NCBI GenBank assembly: GCA_951406725.2
Contig: OX597831.1
Span: 42,470,001-42,534,000, forward strand
Source of the DNA: Octopus vulgaris
Lineage: Eukaryota
Direction of reading: 5' to 3'
Length of the DNA: 64,000 bases
Positions 14,065 through 27,180 of the stretch are shown one piece after another. A program made the translations under genes and the position numbers. How positions within the stretch are numbered: position 1 is the first letter of the stretch; every line of letters begins with the position of its first letter. The notes beneath the pieces were generated by a model. The model was not told where the DNA came from and searched no databases. It saw only the letters and a list, made by a program, of their open reading frames with translations.

Positions 14065-14797
14065 TTATTTCTTTTTGCCCACAAGGGGCTAAACATAGAG
14101 GGGACAAACAAGGACAGACAGACGGATTAAGTCGATTATATCGCCCCTCCCCCAGTGTATAACTGGTACTTAATTTATCAATCCCGAAAGGATGAAAGGC
14201 AAAGTCGACCTTGGCTGAATTTGAACTCAAAATGTAATGGTAGATGAAATACCTATTTCTTTATTACCCACAAGGGGCTAAACTTAGAGGGGACAAACAA
14301 GGACAGACATAGGTATTAAGTTGATTACATCGACCCCAGTGTGTAACTGGTACTTAATTTATCGACCCCGAAAGGATGAAAGGCAAAGTCAACCTCGGCG
14401 GAATTTGAACTCACAATGTAACGGCAGGCAAAATACTGCTAAGCATCTCACCCGGCATGCTAATGTTTCTGCCAGCTCGCCACAAAGTCGACCTCGGCGG
14501 AATTTGAACTCACAACGTAACGGCAGATGAAATACTGCTAAGCATTTCACCCGGCGTGCTAACGTTTCTTATTTCTTTATTGCCCACAAGGGGCTAAACA
14601 TAGAGGGGACAAACAAGGACAGACAAAGGGGTTAAGTCAATTACATCGACCTCAGCATGTAACTGGTACTTAATTTATTGACCCTGAAAGGATGAAAGGC
14701 AAAGTTGACCTCGGCGGAATTTGAACTCACAACGTAACAGCAGACGGAATAGCGCTAAGCATTTCGGTTGGCGTGCTAACGACTCTGCCAGCTCACT
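14065..14797 (-). mobile_element. Tandem cluster of ~3.5 tRNA-headed SINEs (Meta-domain-like core) with a GCCCCTTGTGGGCAATAAAGAAAT tail
   Basis: Repeated GAGTTCAAATTC (B-box), CCTTTCATCCTTTCGGGGTCGATAAATTAAGTACCAG core and shared tail; also at ~39512-39745 and ~55420-55568. Confidence 0.8.
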
Positions 14798-15359
14798 ACC
14801 AATCTTGCCAAATTATCTTCTTTCACCTTTGGAGTATACAAGAAAACTACACGGAGTACATGAGGTTTGTAAAAACACTAGGACTTTAAAGCTGCTTGTA
14901 ACCAACTAAACACACGTATTGTGTCCAGGAAATGTGTGGAGAGATTTTGCTGTTCCATTCTATTTATCATTGTAAATAAAAGTTTACTACCTGTCTGAAG
15001 GTGTGTCATCAAATTATGTAGGCTTAAGGCCAGAAATTTTTGGAGTAGGAAAAATCAATACCCTCGAAAACTTGACTGGTACTTTGTTTTATCAGCCAAG
15101 GAAGGATGTAAAGCAAAAGGGGTCATGGTAGGATTTGAACTCATTGAATTTAATTTACATCAAATTAATAGCAAATAGTTCATGTGCTTGTTGTCTGTTC
15201 TATAGTATCCAACCATTTTGCACTATATTCTTTACATATTGTATGCTAGCACTGTCAGACATGATGATGAGGAGGTATGCTGGATGTCAGAAGAAAGTTT
15301 GAGAACCTCTGCTCTATGTCCTCCTCCTTGCCACCACCACCATCACCATCACCACTGCC

Positions 15360-15409
<50 letters not shown>

Positions 15410-15899
15410 TAATAGTCATTATCTAAATATTTTCTAAAATATTTTTTATCATTTAGTCAAATGAGGGATGGTAGTGTTTATGGCTCTTTTCAGGGTCCTC
15501 TCCATTTTTCTCCATCTTCCTGGGTGTCAAGAACAGAAATTGAATTATTTTCAGATAGGAGACCTGGTCAAAAATGCTTACAGAAGAGTGGATTCTGTGC
15601 TAAGGGCATCTAGGAGCCAGCGCATTGGTGTTATTAAACTAATTGATGGATTAAGCTTACCACACAAGGATAAAGATCAGTTTGTCTGATGGACAACCAT
15701 ATAATTTCCATTTACCAAATTTCCCTCAGATATCTCCTCTCTTGCTCATATCTTTCTTGCAACTGCCAAATGTCACCTCCCTGCCCTTCAGTTCTTCACA
15801 ACTGCAAAATATCGCACTGAATTGCCAGTAGCTGTCATATCTTTTCTGATGATTTCTTCAAAACTGTTAAATATTGCATTACTTTTCATGATAATTCTC

Positions 15900-16570
15900 A
15901 TAACCAAAAAAATGCCCTTTCCATACCCCTGATGCCCCAACACAACCAGAAAATGTCACCTCCATATTTGTAACTCCCATCACAAACACAAAATTCCCCT
16001 CCATGTCACTGGCCCCATCACAGCCACAACATATCACTTCTATGTCCCTGACCCCGTTCAGAACCTCAAAATGTTCCATCCATGTCACTGACCCCATCAC
16101 AACCACAAAATATCACTTCTATATCCTTGATCCCATCACAACCTCAAAACGTCCCCCCTCATGTCATTGGTCCCATCACAACCATAAAATATCACCTCTA
16201 TGTTCCTGATCCCGTTCAGAACCTCAAAATGTTCCCTCCATGTCACTGGTCCCATCACAACCACAAAATATCACCTCTATGTTCCTGATCCCATTCAGAA
16301 CCTCAAAATGTCCCTTCTTTGTCACTGACCCTATCACAACCATAAAATATCACTTCTATGTCCCTGATCCCATCACAACCTTAAAATGTTCCCTCCATGT
16401 CACTGACACCATCACAACCACAAAATATCACTTCTATGTCCCTAATCTCATCACAACCTCAAAATGTCCCCTCCATGTCACTGGTCCCATCACAACCACA
16501 AAATATCACCCTTATGTTCTTGATCCCATCACAACCAGAAAATGCCACCTCCATGTCCATAACCCCATCT
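15900..16570. repeat. Minisatellite, ~79-bp dimer of ~39-bp monomers
   Basis: CATGTCACT-like anchors recur at ~16001, 16080, 16159, 16238, 16395, 16473; half-units share CCCATCACAACC.CAAAA. Confidence 0.9.
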
Positions 16571-17177
16571 AACATCTTTGAACGTTACCTCTGGCTCATG
16601 AGTTAATCTTAACCACTGAATGTCAAAAATGTCTCCTCTTTTCCCCTTCCCACAATCTTTTTACTTCCGCAAGCTTTCAAGGATCAAACTAAGAAAAATC
16701 AATGTATTTTGCAGTTTGTCACATTGTATCAAATTGTTTGTAGGCACAGGTGTAGCTCTGTGGTTAAGGAGCTTGCTTCCCAACCACATGGTTTCAAGTG
16801 GCACTTTGGGCAAGTGTTTTCTACTAAAGCCCCAGGCTGACCAAAACCTTGTGAATGGATTTGGTTGACAGAAACTGAAATATATGTGCGTGTGGGAGAG
16901 GAGACACAAACATACACACACTGTGTGTAGTTGGTGTCTCCTTGTCTTGACATTCTGCAATTGTTGTAAATGAGTGTGACTGTTATACAAGCGGTGTAAT
17001 TTGTTTCCAGTATTCTGTTAGAGCATGTCTGGCCTTGCTTCAAAACAGGTAAAGGTTGGCAGCAGGAAAGGCATCTGACTTGAAAAAAATTTGACTCCAC
17101 AAACCGTGCCCAACCAATGCAAGCATAGGAAGGTGAACATTAGAATGATGTTGGTGATGATGATAATGATGATGATA

Positions 17178-17212
<35 letters not shown>

Positions 17213-17251
17213 TTAATAGTTAATTACGCTTTCTTTTTTGTGCTGTTTCAG

Positions 17252-17358
17252 GTCTTTCGTCAACCACTTAAAGAAAACGGTGTCCTTAGTGATGAGGAAG
17301 ATAAAATATTGTTTGTAAATTGGCAGGAGTTGATCATTTGTAACACCAAACTAGTAAC
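17252..17358 (+). CDS. ITSN: Intersectin exon B (DH)
   Basis: tttcag|...|gtaagt; VFRQPLKENGVLSDEEDKILFVNWQELIICNTKLV (cf. IFVNWKELIMCNIKL). 107 nt, phase 0 to 2. Confidence 0.95.
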
Positions 17359-17771
17359 GTAAGTACTTAATACTAACTTTACCTTATTATTAGCTTCTGT
17401 GTGGCTGCTCAACCTGCAAAAAACAGCAGCCAAATCTCCCTCAAATCACTCTTCATCGTCTTAAAATTAGGAGGGACTTTTTAGAAAAAGTATTCCTATA
17501 AAATCTACAAGGAAAACTTCAGGAACTGTCAAATATAAGTTTGCTTTTAATAACATTATGAGGTTTGGTAATGAAATAAATATTTTGAATTAAGAAAATA
17601 ATCATTCGTCAGTTAGAGCTGTATGGTTAAGGAGTTTGTTTCCCAACTATATGGTTTTGGGTTCAAGTCTCACTGTGTGGCACCTGGGGCTTTGTGTGTG
17701 GACTTGGCAAATGGAGACTAAAAGAAACTTTCCATGTATGTACGTCCATGTGTGTGCATGCATACATATTG

Positions 17772-17811
<40 letters not shown>

Positions 17812-18107
17812 TTAACATCTGCCTTCATGCTGGTATGGGTCAGGTGGTTTGACTAAAGCTAGTAAGCCGGAGGATTGCGTCAACCTCCACTGTCTATTTC
17901 GGTATGGTCTTTTAAGGCTGGATGCTCTTTTTAACACCAACTATTTTACAGAGTGACACCAGCATTGGTGAGGTCTGCTTTAGCCTGGTTTCATGGCTGG
18001 ATGCCGTTCCTAATGCCAACCATGTAAAAAACCATCCAGTCAATTCTGTAAAGTGGTTGGTATTAAGAAGAACATCCTACTGCCAAAACCATGCCAGAAC
18101 AATATAC

Positions 18108-18169
<62 letters not shown>

Positions 18170-21100
18170 TACTAATATAGGATGATGTTTTTTTTACAGA
18201 AAAAAAATTCCATCAAAAAAGTGGCAGCATATTAAAATACCTTTAAAGGTTAAAATTATAAACAACTTATAAACAAGGGCAAAAGAAAATTATTTCTATG
18301 CCAATATGCTGATAACAGACTTTTAAATCGTCAATTTCCACGTATTATTATATCCACTACAGAAGTACATTGTGCTGAAATCGAGGAAAGCTAGCCAACA
18401 GAATTTTAAAAAAAAAGTTCGTTATTTCTATATTGAATCAATTTTGGAATTAATCTCATAATAGATTTTTTCCTCTTCAGTAGAAAATATGAATAGAAAT
18501 AAATGAAATACCTACATGTGCCCATGGAAAAAAGCCAAAGCAAAAGTCATGAGTACATATAAGTACCCCAGATATATCTAAATATAAAATCCTTTGGTCA
18601 GCCTCAGCACACGTGTGAACTGTTCTCCACCACAGCTTATAGTGGTTACCAGTCCCTATAGCGAATAGTAATAAATCTACTACTAATATTGGATGAAGTT
18701 TTTTTACAAGGGTTATAATTCAAAAATCTTTGTTTTGGCATGCCAAAATACTGGAAATAAATCTGCAGAAAATACTTTTTTGCAGTGAATTTTGCTGGTT
18801 AGGGAACATGGTTATTTAAATTTAAAGAGGTGCAAATTAGGGTAGCTACATCAAACTCCATTCTTCACCAAGTGCCACATAGTGGAGGAGGCTCTCAGTA
18901 ATAACAGTGTAGCAAAACGGTGGTGTATCAGCATGGCCACAAGCTATGAGCTGAAACTACAAAAAAAAAAAATATATATATATACTCATATACACACACA
19001 TACATACATAAATATGTGTGTTTGTGAATCCTTGTCTTGACATTGCTTGATAGCTTTAAATGATTGTAACTGTTATAATTGTAAATGAGAATCACCATGA
19101 TGTGAGCAATGTCATTTATTTCCAATGTTCAGCCATGGGAAAATATTACCTCACTTCAAAACAGGTGAGGGTTGGTGACAGAAAGAGCATCCAGCCATGG
19201 AAAATCTACCTCAATGAATTCTGTGTGAATAAGTGGACATTAAGACAATGATGATGGACAACAAGAATTGTGTGGCTGCAGCCAAAGGGAAAGGATCAGA
19301 GTGTGCAAAGGAGCCAGGGCTAAGTTCAAGGCCATCATAGAGAATGATGCAAATGGCATCTGCCTGCCATGCATAGAAAGGACCAAGAAGAACATGCATA
19401 AGGCCAACTCATGGTATACTTTTAATTGATTTAGATTTTAGTCTGTCAAAAAAAAAAAATTGCAACTTTGGTCTTATGAAACTAGTTGTGGTCCACCAAG
19501 ACTTTGGTGTAGACCGCAGTGTGGACTTGTGCTACATACCCCGAAGAAGACAAGATAGTTATGCCTGGAAAGCTTTTGAAGGTAGTTCTGTGCCACCTGT
19601 TCTGACCTAGGGCTTAAAAGCAACAACAATGAAATTGAGATAAAATGCATAGGATCCATTTCATCTCAGTCTCATTCTGTCTTCTATTACAAATTTTTAG
19701 GGGAATACTGTAACCGGAACAGGAAAATTAGCTTTCCCCCTAGACATAAGTTTCATAAATATCCACACTACCACACCTGAAACGTACCTGTTATAACTCT
19801 TTATCTCAATTTGAATGTACATGAAGGTATTTAGAATGCCCAAACTTATTTCTGCAAATGTGCTAAGCACTGATGCTGATCATAGTTTAATTAATAAGCG
19901 TAGGGTTAGGGTTAGAGGTAGATGCAGTAAAGATAATAGGTGAGGGGGGCCCCATTTAAGTGGCCCTTCAGAAATTGAACCTCCTTACGATACTCCCTGG
20001 AAGTTCATGGTGTGAATTTCAATGCCATTGCTCCAATTTAGTTGCCAATGCCATGCATTTAGTTTAAAATGCAGTAAAAATAGGTGGGGGGGGGCAGTGG
20101 AGCCCCAATTAAGTGACCCTTAAAAAAATAGACATTCCCTGGGATTAGGGGAGTTACTGGTTTGAGTTACGTTGTCCTTGCACCAATGGTCTAGGAGGAG
20201 TTAACAGGCATAAAAATGTAATGGACAGAGAAACATCACTCAAATTTATTTAAAGATGATAATGATGATATTTGTATGTATGTATGAATGTATGTATGTA
20301 TGTGTGTGTGTGTGTATATGTATGTCTTTGTGTTTGTCCTTTATCATTGTTTGACTAGTGTTGGTTTGTTTATGTCCTCATAACATAATTAGTTTGTCAT
20401 AACAGACCAATACAATAAGTATCAGACTTTAAAAAAACAGCAGTGGGGTCAAGTTCTACAACAAAAACCCTTTAAAGCATGTTCCAGCATGGCTGTTGTC
20501 CAATGACTGAATTAAGTAAAATGAAAAAAGGAAAAAAGTGAAGTTAAAGAAATCCATGTTTAAACAAAATTATTCTCAATTTTCAATGTTTTTTTCTTTT
20601 TTCTCAGGCAGTAGGGTGTGATTTGAGGAAGATTTGACTGCTATTTCTAGTATATTGAAGGATCATATTGAGGCTCCCTCATTGGTTTGGCTACTTTATG
20701 ATGTTGCTATAAGCATTAGAAGCATTGTTAAATTGGCAAATGTTTTGTTAAAACTTGTGTTTGAGTTCCCCCGTGGACATCTCTAATACTAGAAGGTTCT
20801 AAGCTGATGTTCATGGCTTTACTAACTATTATATCTGTATCTCTCTTCATTATGGATTTGAACAGTGAATTATAATTTTATAGTGGAATGGCTGAGTGGT
20901 TAAGGTTCTTAACTACAAATCAGCAGGTCATGAGTTCAAATGGACAACAAAGATGTCATGAAGATTTTTTTATTTTTAAGGACAAACACCTTTATTTGAC
21001 ATTGCATTCATTTAAATTATTATGGAGATGTACTTGCATAGCAAGTGACCTGATTTGAGATCGTGTGCTGGAATGGAAACAATTGCAGCGGGGAAAGTGT

Positions 21101-21379
21101 TTATAAGCCATTTAAGAAACACACAAAAACCATTAGATTCACTTCAGCATTTAGATTTAATTTGCCAAAATATTTTCATCGCTTTGAGACCGCGACCTGT
21201 TTACTGACCAAATTCCATGCTGCATCAACGTCAACACGGAATTTTGTCAGTGAACAGGTCGCGGTCTCTAAATTGAAATGCTGAAGGGGATCTAAAGGTT
21301 TTTGTGTGTTTCTTAAATGGCTTATAAACACCTTCCACGCTGTAATTGGTTTCATTTAAATTGTTATTGTTTATTGTTG

Positions 21380-22200
21380 TTGCTGGCCTTGTGCCAAATG
21401 CTTAACTGCATTTCTTCTAACTTTACATTCTGAGTTCAAATTCCACCGAGGTCGACTTTGCCTTTCATCCTTTCAGGTTTGATAAAATAAGTACCAGTTG
21501 AACACTGGGGTCAATGAAATCGACTTAACCCCTCGCACTAAAATTCGGACCTTGTGCCTATAGTAGAAAGGATTATTATTACTAAGGCAGCAAGCTGGCA
21601 GATATGTTAGCATGCCGGGCAAAATGCTTAGTAGTATCTTGCCTGTCTAAACGTTCTGAGTTCAAATTCTGCCGAGGTCAGCTTTGCCTTTCATCCTTTT
21701 GGGGGTCAATAAAATAACTACCAGTGGAGTACTGGGATTCATGTTATTGACTTAGCCCTCCCCTGAAAATACTGGCCTTGTGCCAAAATCTGAAATTATT
21801 TGCCCATTGCTAAATTCTGAGTTCAAATTCCACCAAGGTCAATTTTGCTTTTCATCCTTTCAGGGTTGATAAATTTAAGTACCAGTGAAACACTGGGATT
21901 GATGTAATTGACTAGTCCTCACTGCCCTTTCTCCACAGAAAATTTCAGGCCTTGTGCCTTTAGTAGAAAGAATTATTATTATTATTAAAAATGTAGTGAT
22001 CTGGCAGAATTGTTAGCATGCTAGGCAAAATGCTTGGCAGTATTTCATCTGTCGCTATTCTGAGTTCTAATTCCACCGAGGTTGACTTTGCCTTTCATCC
22101 TTTTGGGGTCAATAAATTAAGTACCAGTTGAAACACTGGAGTCGATGCAATCAATTAGTCTCCTTCCACAAAATTTCAGGCCTTGTACTTTTAGTAGAAA
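21380..22200 (+). mobile_element. Head-to-tail array of ~4 Meta-core SINE copies
   Basis: Repeated TTCTGAGTTCAAATTCCACCGAGGTCGACTTTGCCTTTCATCC...GGCCTTGTGCC with (ATT)n spacers. Confidence 0.85.
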
Positions 22201-22214
22201 GGACATCAGCTTCA

Positions 22215-22704
22215 CACAACCAGCCCCAGTCCATTCAAAGTACCTTGGATTGTAGGATGGTTTGCTGTGCTTACCTTGGATCATGGGGTGACCTGCTGTG
22301 CTTGAGGAGACCTATTGAGTCAAGTACATCAACATCAAAATAAAAATCAAATGGAAATTGTAGTTGTGACACTTGTGCCGGTGGCACATAAAAAGCACCA
22401 TCCGAATGTGGCTGATGCCAGTGCCGCCTTGGCTGGCTTCTGTGCCAGTGGCATGTAAAAAGCACCAACCGATCGTGGCTGTTGCCAGCCTCCTCTGGTC
22501 CCTATGCCGGTGGCATGTAAAAAGCACCCACTACACTCATGGAATGGTTGGCTTTAGGAAGGGCATCCAGCTGTAGAAACACTGCCAGATCAGACTGGAG
22601 CCTGGTGCAGCCTCCTGGCTTCCCAGACACTGGTCAAACTGTCCAACCCTTGCTAGTATGGAAAATGGGCGTTAAACGATAATGATGATGGTGATGATGA
22701 TGAT
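22215..22704 (+). mobile_element. RTE-type 3' tail element with internal ~65-bp repeats and a (GAT)n tail (other copies ~5737-6023, 26655-26865, 29290-29758, 30487-30890, 40155-40465, 42578-42915, 45556-46060, 63862-64000)
   Basis: Shared GTGCCGGTGGCACGTAAAAAGCACC units, AGGAAGGGCATCCAGCTGTAGAAAC, CCATGCTAGCATGGAAA..GGACGTTAAACGATGATG; variable 5' truncation. Confidence 0.75.
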
Positions 22705-23425
22705 TAGCTTGTATTTTAACAACACAAGAGAAATAAAAAAATAACTGGAAATACTATCCCCAAATATTATAAGACTAGACTCAAACAACCTAATAATAAA
22801 CTTATTTATGGACCACTGTGTCTGTTTCTATCAATTCCACCCTCCTTCACCTTTGTAAAATATGAGCTAATCTGTGCTCTGAATCACGAAAACTCATTGA
22901 AACATGGATTATCTCTGGATTATAAGTATCCAAGAGAAATTGGAATGTGTCATGTGATGACGATGATGGTGAAGAAGATGATGACAACGATGATGATGGT
23001 GCTGGTGGTTGTGGTGGTGGTGGTTGTGGTGGTGGTGGTTGTAGTGGTGGTGGTGGTGGTGGTGGAATGTGTTGTAAGATGTTGTTGGAATGTAAAATAT
23101 GATGGTGTTAATGGAATAAGTCATGTGGTGGTGATGTAATGGTGTCATGTGATATTGTAATGTGTTATGCAATGATGGTATTATCAAGTAAAAGAAAGGA
23201 CAACACAGGGAGGTTGATGATGACGATAATGATGATGATGACGAGGACAACGGCAATAATGTCATGATGATAACAACCTGTCACAGATTCCCAGAGCACC
23301 ATTGTAGAAGAGAGGTAGCACAGCTTTGGGACAAGTAGGGACCAGACTCTGAGTGAAAGGAAGAGAGGGAGCTCTGTAGACCCCACTACTTAAAGGGACA
23401 TCAGTGTCAGTAATGATGAAAATGA

Positions 23426-23592
23426 GGCGCAGGAGTGGCTGTGTGGTAAGTAGCTTGCTTACCAACCACATGGTTCTTGGTTCAGTGCTACTGCGTGGCA
23501 CCTTGGACAAGTGTCTTCTACTATAGCCTCGGGCCGACCAAAGCCTTATGAGTGGATTTGGTAGACGGAAACTGAAAGAAGCCCGTCGTATA

Positions 23593-23655
<63 letters not shown>

Positions 23656-23872
23656 ATGTATGTTTGTGTGTCTGTGTTTGTCCCCCACCTCCAACATTGC
23701 ATGATAATCGATGCTTGTGTGTTTACATCCCTGTAACTTAGCGGTTTGGCAAAAGAGACCGATAGAATAAGTACTAGGCTTACAAAGAGTAAGTCCTGGG
23801 GTCGATTTGCTCGACTAAGAGCGGTGCTCCAGAATTGTCGCAATCAAATGACTGAAACAAGTAAAAGAAAAA
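23426..23872 (+). mobile_element. Full-length tRNA-derived SINE with internal (TA)/(TG) microsatellite
   Basis: A-box TGGCTGTGTGG, B-box GGTTCAGT, then ACCTTGGACAAGTG and tail GACTGAAACAAGTAAAAGA; homologues at 51157-51553 (+), 52350-52757 (-), 53427-53742 (-), 16743-17150, 1540-1695. Confidence 0.85.
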
Positions 23873-24929
23873 GACTATGACCGATAAGCGATAATGATAA
23901 TGACGATGACGACTACGATGATGATGAGGAGGAGGAGGGGGAGGAGGAGAGCTAGTACTGATCTGTTCTACATGCAGGGTTGCTGAACTGATATCATCAC
24001 TTTGGCATCTACCATTCCATTCTTGCATGGAACCATCTTGTGGTAGTGATGGTGGCGGTAGTGGTGGTGGTGGTTGGTGGTGGTATTGGCAGTTGTGGTA
24101 GTGATGATGATGATGATGGTGACGGTGGTGGTGGAAGTGGTAGTAAAAGTGGAGATGGTTGTGATAATGGTGATAATGGTAGTGGTGGTGGTAGTGATGG
24201 TGATGTTGAGCTTCATTATGTGTTAAGATTACTTTTCAATTATCATCATCATCATCATCATCATTCTTCCATGCTGGCATGGGTTGGATGGTTTGACAGA
24301 ATCCGACAGGCCCAAGGACTGCGTCGGGCTCCAATATGTGCCTTGACAAGTTTCTGCGGCTGGAAGCCCTTCCTGATGCCAAACACTTTACAGAATGTAG
24401 TAGGTGCCTGTTTTGTATGCGTGTGTGTATGCATGTGTGTGTGTTTATGTGTGTGTGTGGCACCACAACAGTGAGGCTATCATACTAGGTTGGCGGGGGT
24501 TGGGGCTGGGGGTCAACTTTATGCTTAGAGATGAGGGTTGGCAAAAGATAGGTAAAATTATGAAAGCAGGGGCCAGTGAATTTCATGAAGTCTGTTTACT
24601 ATGATAATTGATGGGTTTTTTTTGGGGGGGGGGAGTTCTTTTCTGCTTTAATTTTCTCTTTATTCATTGGTTCAATTGTTGAAATATTTCTGATCCATTT
24701 ATATTTATATTTCATTTTATTTTATCCTTTTTCGAGAAAAAAAAAAAAGAAAAGAAATTTTGTTGTTGTTTGTTTGCTGCTGGTTTTGTTATTGTTGTTG
24801 TTGTTGTTGTTGTTATTATTGTTATTGTTGCTACTGCTGTTGTAATTATTGTTGTTGTTGTCATGTAAAACAAAAAAAAATAATTAAAAAAAAAACAACA
24901 AAACAAAACTGTCTCTTCTTCCTTTACAG

Positions 24930-25002
24930 TGCAATGAGAGTGCGAAAGACTTGTGGGAAGAGTAAATCCATTCAAACAATAGGAGACATCCTGTGTGAAA
25001 AT
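24930..25002 (+). CDS. ITSN: Intersectin exon C (DH)
   Basis: tttacag|...|gttagt; (T)AMRVRKTCGKSKSIQTIGDILCEN (cf. ALRVRKK...IGDIL). 73 nt, phase 2 to 0. Confidence 0.93.
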
Positions 25003-25026
25003 GTTAGTATTGATTATTGTTGTTGC

Positions 25027-25059
<33 letters not shown>

Positions 25060-26049
25060 TGTCGTCATCATCATCATCATCATCGTCGTCATCGTCATCA
25101 TCATCATCATTATCATCACCACCGTTGTCGTCATCATTATCATTACCACCATCGCCGTTGACATCATTATTGCACATCAGCTGCAACAGCTTGATCATCA
25201 TTGCTATCATCACCATCCTCATCGTCGTCGGCGTTGTCATCGTCATCTCCATCGTGATCACGGTGATGATGGCTGTCGTCGTCATTGTCATCACCAACAT
25301 TATAAATGTCATTACCATTGATATCATTATTGCACATCGATGTCATTGTCATCGTCGACGTTGTCATCATCATCATCATCATCGTCATTGTCATCATTAC
25401 TGAACTGATCATAATTATCATCATCATCATCTTCGTCATCACCATCATAGTACTGATGATCAGTAAGATGATGATGATGATGATGATAATGATGATTATT
25501 TATAATCATCACTATCATCAGTGACATCATCATATAAGTTATCATTTAACTGCTTCATTGTCATCATCATCGTCAGCTACAGCAGCAGTAGCGCAACCAT
25601 TCCCCCCCCACATCATTATCACCATCATTGACGTCATCACAATCATCTTTCCTGTGATAATCATTATCATTGTCATCATTACTGACACCATCCTAATTGT
25701 TTTTCAACACTGTCATCAATGACGTCATCTAAAGTTATCATCTAGCTGTCATCATCAACATCATTGTCACCACCACCACCACCACCACCACCATCACCAT
25801 CAACACAACCATGATCATCATCAACCTCATCATTGTCATTGCTGTCATCATCATCATCATCAGCACCATCACCATTATCATGTTCATCATCATCACCATT
25901 GCCATCAGCACCAGCTAAACCACCACCACCACCACCGCTACTGTCATTGTTCTCATCATCATCATCATCATCATTATTAGTGTCCTCATTAGTGACATGG
26001 TCCTCATTTCATCATCATCATCATATCATAATCACCATAATCATTATAT

Positions 26050-26440
26050 ATTTATTTATTTATTTATTTACTTATCTATTTGTTTGTTTGTTCATTTCCA
26101 ATGGCTAAGCCAGATGGTCAGTAATGCCTGCGATCCATTCCAGGGGTTCCATGACTGGAGGAAAGAAGGTAGACTGCAGTCCTGGTCTGAATGCTTGCAA
26201 CGAGTTGAACTCCATTAAAGGCAGCCAATTAAAGGGTTGGACAGTGTTGTCAAACAAAGAGATAGTTTAAATCCCCCTTTCAAGAACAGAAATGGCCCCT
26301 ACAGAGCTTCTTTCAAATGGATTTCACTTATAAGGTTTTGGGCCATGGGGTATATGGTCCATAATTTTATATTCTGTAGTTTTCTTGATCTTTTGGGATT
26401 GTTTTATTTCTGCATAAACAACTTGCACAAAGTGTCATTC
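26050..26440 (-). mobile_element. Degenerate L2/CR1/Jockey-group LINE 3' end with (TAAA)n tail
   Basis: Minus frame gives SLFDNTVQPFNWLP...SLQAF, resembling the WN.LP...SL..FK terminus; stops present. Confidence 0.4.
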
Positions 26441-26452
26441 ACACAACAATGA

Positions 26453-26496
<44 letters not shown>

Positions 26497-26865
26497 TAAT
26501 AATAATAATAGTAATAATAATAATAATAATAGTAATAATAATAATGATAATAATAATAATAAAAACAGAAACAATTCCTATCATAGTTGGCGGTGCCCCA
26601 GCATGGCAACAGCTCGTGAGCTGAAACTAGATAAAATATATATAAATATATTCGTTCGCCAGCCTCGTCTGGCACCTGTGCAGGTGGCACGTAAAAAGCA
26701 CCCTCTACACTCACGGAGTGGTTGGCGTTAGGAAGAGCATCCAGCTGTAGAAATACTGCCAGATCAGACTGGGCCTGGCGCAGCCTTCGGGCTTCCCAGA
26801 CCCAAGTTGAACCGTCCAACCCATGCTGGCGTGGAAAACGGATGTTAAACGATGATGATGATGAT

Positions 26866-27079
26866 AAAAAAATATTCAGACAAATTCATAACAAAAACAC
26901 CAGGGCTTACAAATATATATAACATACAGAAAATTGCACTACTGGGCACTGCACACATCCTATGCAAAACACTTTCAATACAGTAACCATCAGAGCATCA
27001 CAACAAATCACAGCACATACCCAAGGCACACAGAGCTGCACTCGGTAGTGAAGTGAAAGCACACAATAAAAATAAACTA

Positions 27080-27135
<56 letters not shown>
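26866..27135 (+). mobile_element. R4/Dong-clade LINE 3' end with (AAT)n tail
   Basis: KKYSDKFITKTPGLTNIYNIQKIALLGTAHILCKTLSIQ* (QK..LLGTAHIL is typical of Dong/R4 C-termini), short UTR, (TAA)n. Confidence 0.8.
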
Positions 27136-27138
<3 letters not shown>

Positions 27139-27180
27139 CAACAACAATAGTAATAATAATAATAATTATTATTATAATTA

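Noticed and set aside
19899-19916. TAGGGTTAGGGTTAG telomere-like motif
   Set aside because: Only ~2.5 units; insufficient for an interstitial telomere.
23426-23500. tRNA-like sequences with A/B boxes
   Set aside because: They are SINE heads continuing into SINE bodies; no complete cloverleaf.
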